Both the position numbers and the translations under genes were made by a program. Positions 31,712 through 32,000 of a DNA stretch of 32,000 bases are shown here, piece after piece. The notes under the pieces were generated by a model that was given only the letters and a program-made list of their open reading frames with translations, was not told the DNA's origin and searched no databases. How positions within the stretch are numbered: position 1 is the stretch's first letter; each line of letters begins with the position of its first letter. Source of the DNA: an uncultured bacterium (GTDB taxonomy: Bacteria > Patescibacteriota > Gracilibacteria > UBA1369 > PNNO01); NCBI GenBank assembly GCA_963704705.1, contig OY969931.1, positions 420,001-452,000 on the forward strand. Direction: 5' to 3'.

Positions 31712-32000
31712 CTATTGCTTTTTATCTTTATCTTTATCCGCTCCAGGATATTCCGGTGCTTTACCGTTATTAGCATTACCAGGTATTTGAAATGCCACGA
31801 ATAACTGTGCACATGGATATTTTTTTGGCTCTTCACTTTCATTGTTTCTTATATAAACATTTGTTTCGTTAATTGCTACAACAAAACCAGCATTGAATTC
31901 TTTGCCTTTACCAGCGAGTTTATCCCTGAGGACAACCATATCGCCCTTATTGAATATTCGTTTCTTTTTATTAGTGAATTTTTCTGTGATTGATTTTCTT
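31712..32000 (-). CDS. Hypothetical protein, N-terminus probably outside the window (the track ORF starts at the internal Met at 31939)
   Basis: The reading frame stays open upstream of the ATG at 31939 to the window edge (...KKSITEKFTNKKKRIFNKGD-MVVLRDKLAGKGKEF...). NKGDMVVLxxKxAGKGKE is KOW-like, and the tail is Lys/Asp-rich. Function is unknown. Confidence 0.45.
   Translation of the reverse strand, partial: RKSITEKFTNKKKRIFNKGDMVVLRDKLAGKGKEFNAGFVVAINETNVYIRNNESEEPKKYPCAQLFVAFQIPGNANNGKAPEYPGADKDKDKKQ

Noticed and set aside
1-32000. CRISPR arrays, rRNA, transposases and toxin-antitoxin or restriction-modification cassettes
   Set aside because: I looked for regularly spaced direct repeats, rRNA-like conserved blocks and DDE/HNH/PIN/methylase motifs in all ORFs, and found none.

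Overview
This is an AT-rich bacterial chromosomal segment (roughly mid-30s % GC by eye, not computed) that is very gene-dense. I call about 31 protein genes and one tRNA-Phe(GAA). It uses the standard genetic code: TGA terminates at least the cupredoxin-like gene and cdaA. I saw no rRNA, CRISPR array, transposase, integrase or obvious prophage.

Most of the content is housekeeping:
- Nucleic-acid and translation functions: RNase HI, AsnRS, HflX, YqeY, YchF and MnmA.
- Proteolysis and cell wall: Lon and alanine racemase.
- Second messengers and osmotic response: the CdaA-CdaR c-di-AMP module, an MscS channel and a long RelA/SpoT homolog.

Interspersed with these are envelope and surface genes:
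- a large SLH-anchored S-layer-like protein;
- a lipoprotein, FG-GAP protein and alr operon;
- a TMEM43-family membrane protein;
- a cupredoxin-like protein with a C-terminal sorting-type signal;
- a sortase and a PrsW-type protease.

There are also several proteins with no family I can recognise.

Several traits fit a reduced-genome lineage with a Gram-positive-type envelope, such as CPR/Patescibacteria (Peregrinibacteria-like). These are extreme compaction, convergent genes overlapping at their 3' ends, no Shine-Dalgarno motifs, and divergent stand-alone 'biosynthetic' genes. This placement is inference only.

I did not find a clear-cut novel multi-gene system such as a defence island. The most unusual items are:
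- a long RSH with a C-terminal four-helix membrane domain and no recognisable zinc-finger domain;
- a HisA-like barrel lacking both catalytic aspartates, in an operon with a divergent AroD-like gene and ychF;
- a cupredoxin-like protein with a Cys-x2-Tyr-x2-Met site and an LSKSG + TM + basic tail that may be a sortase substrate;
- a 631-aa ORFan driven by a near-consensus promoter;
- two paralogous acidic coiled-coil proteins ending in LLKKL.

All family calls rest on motif recognition from memory. No searches were run.
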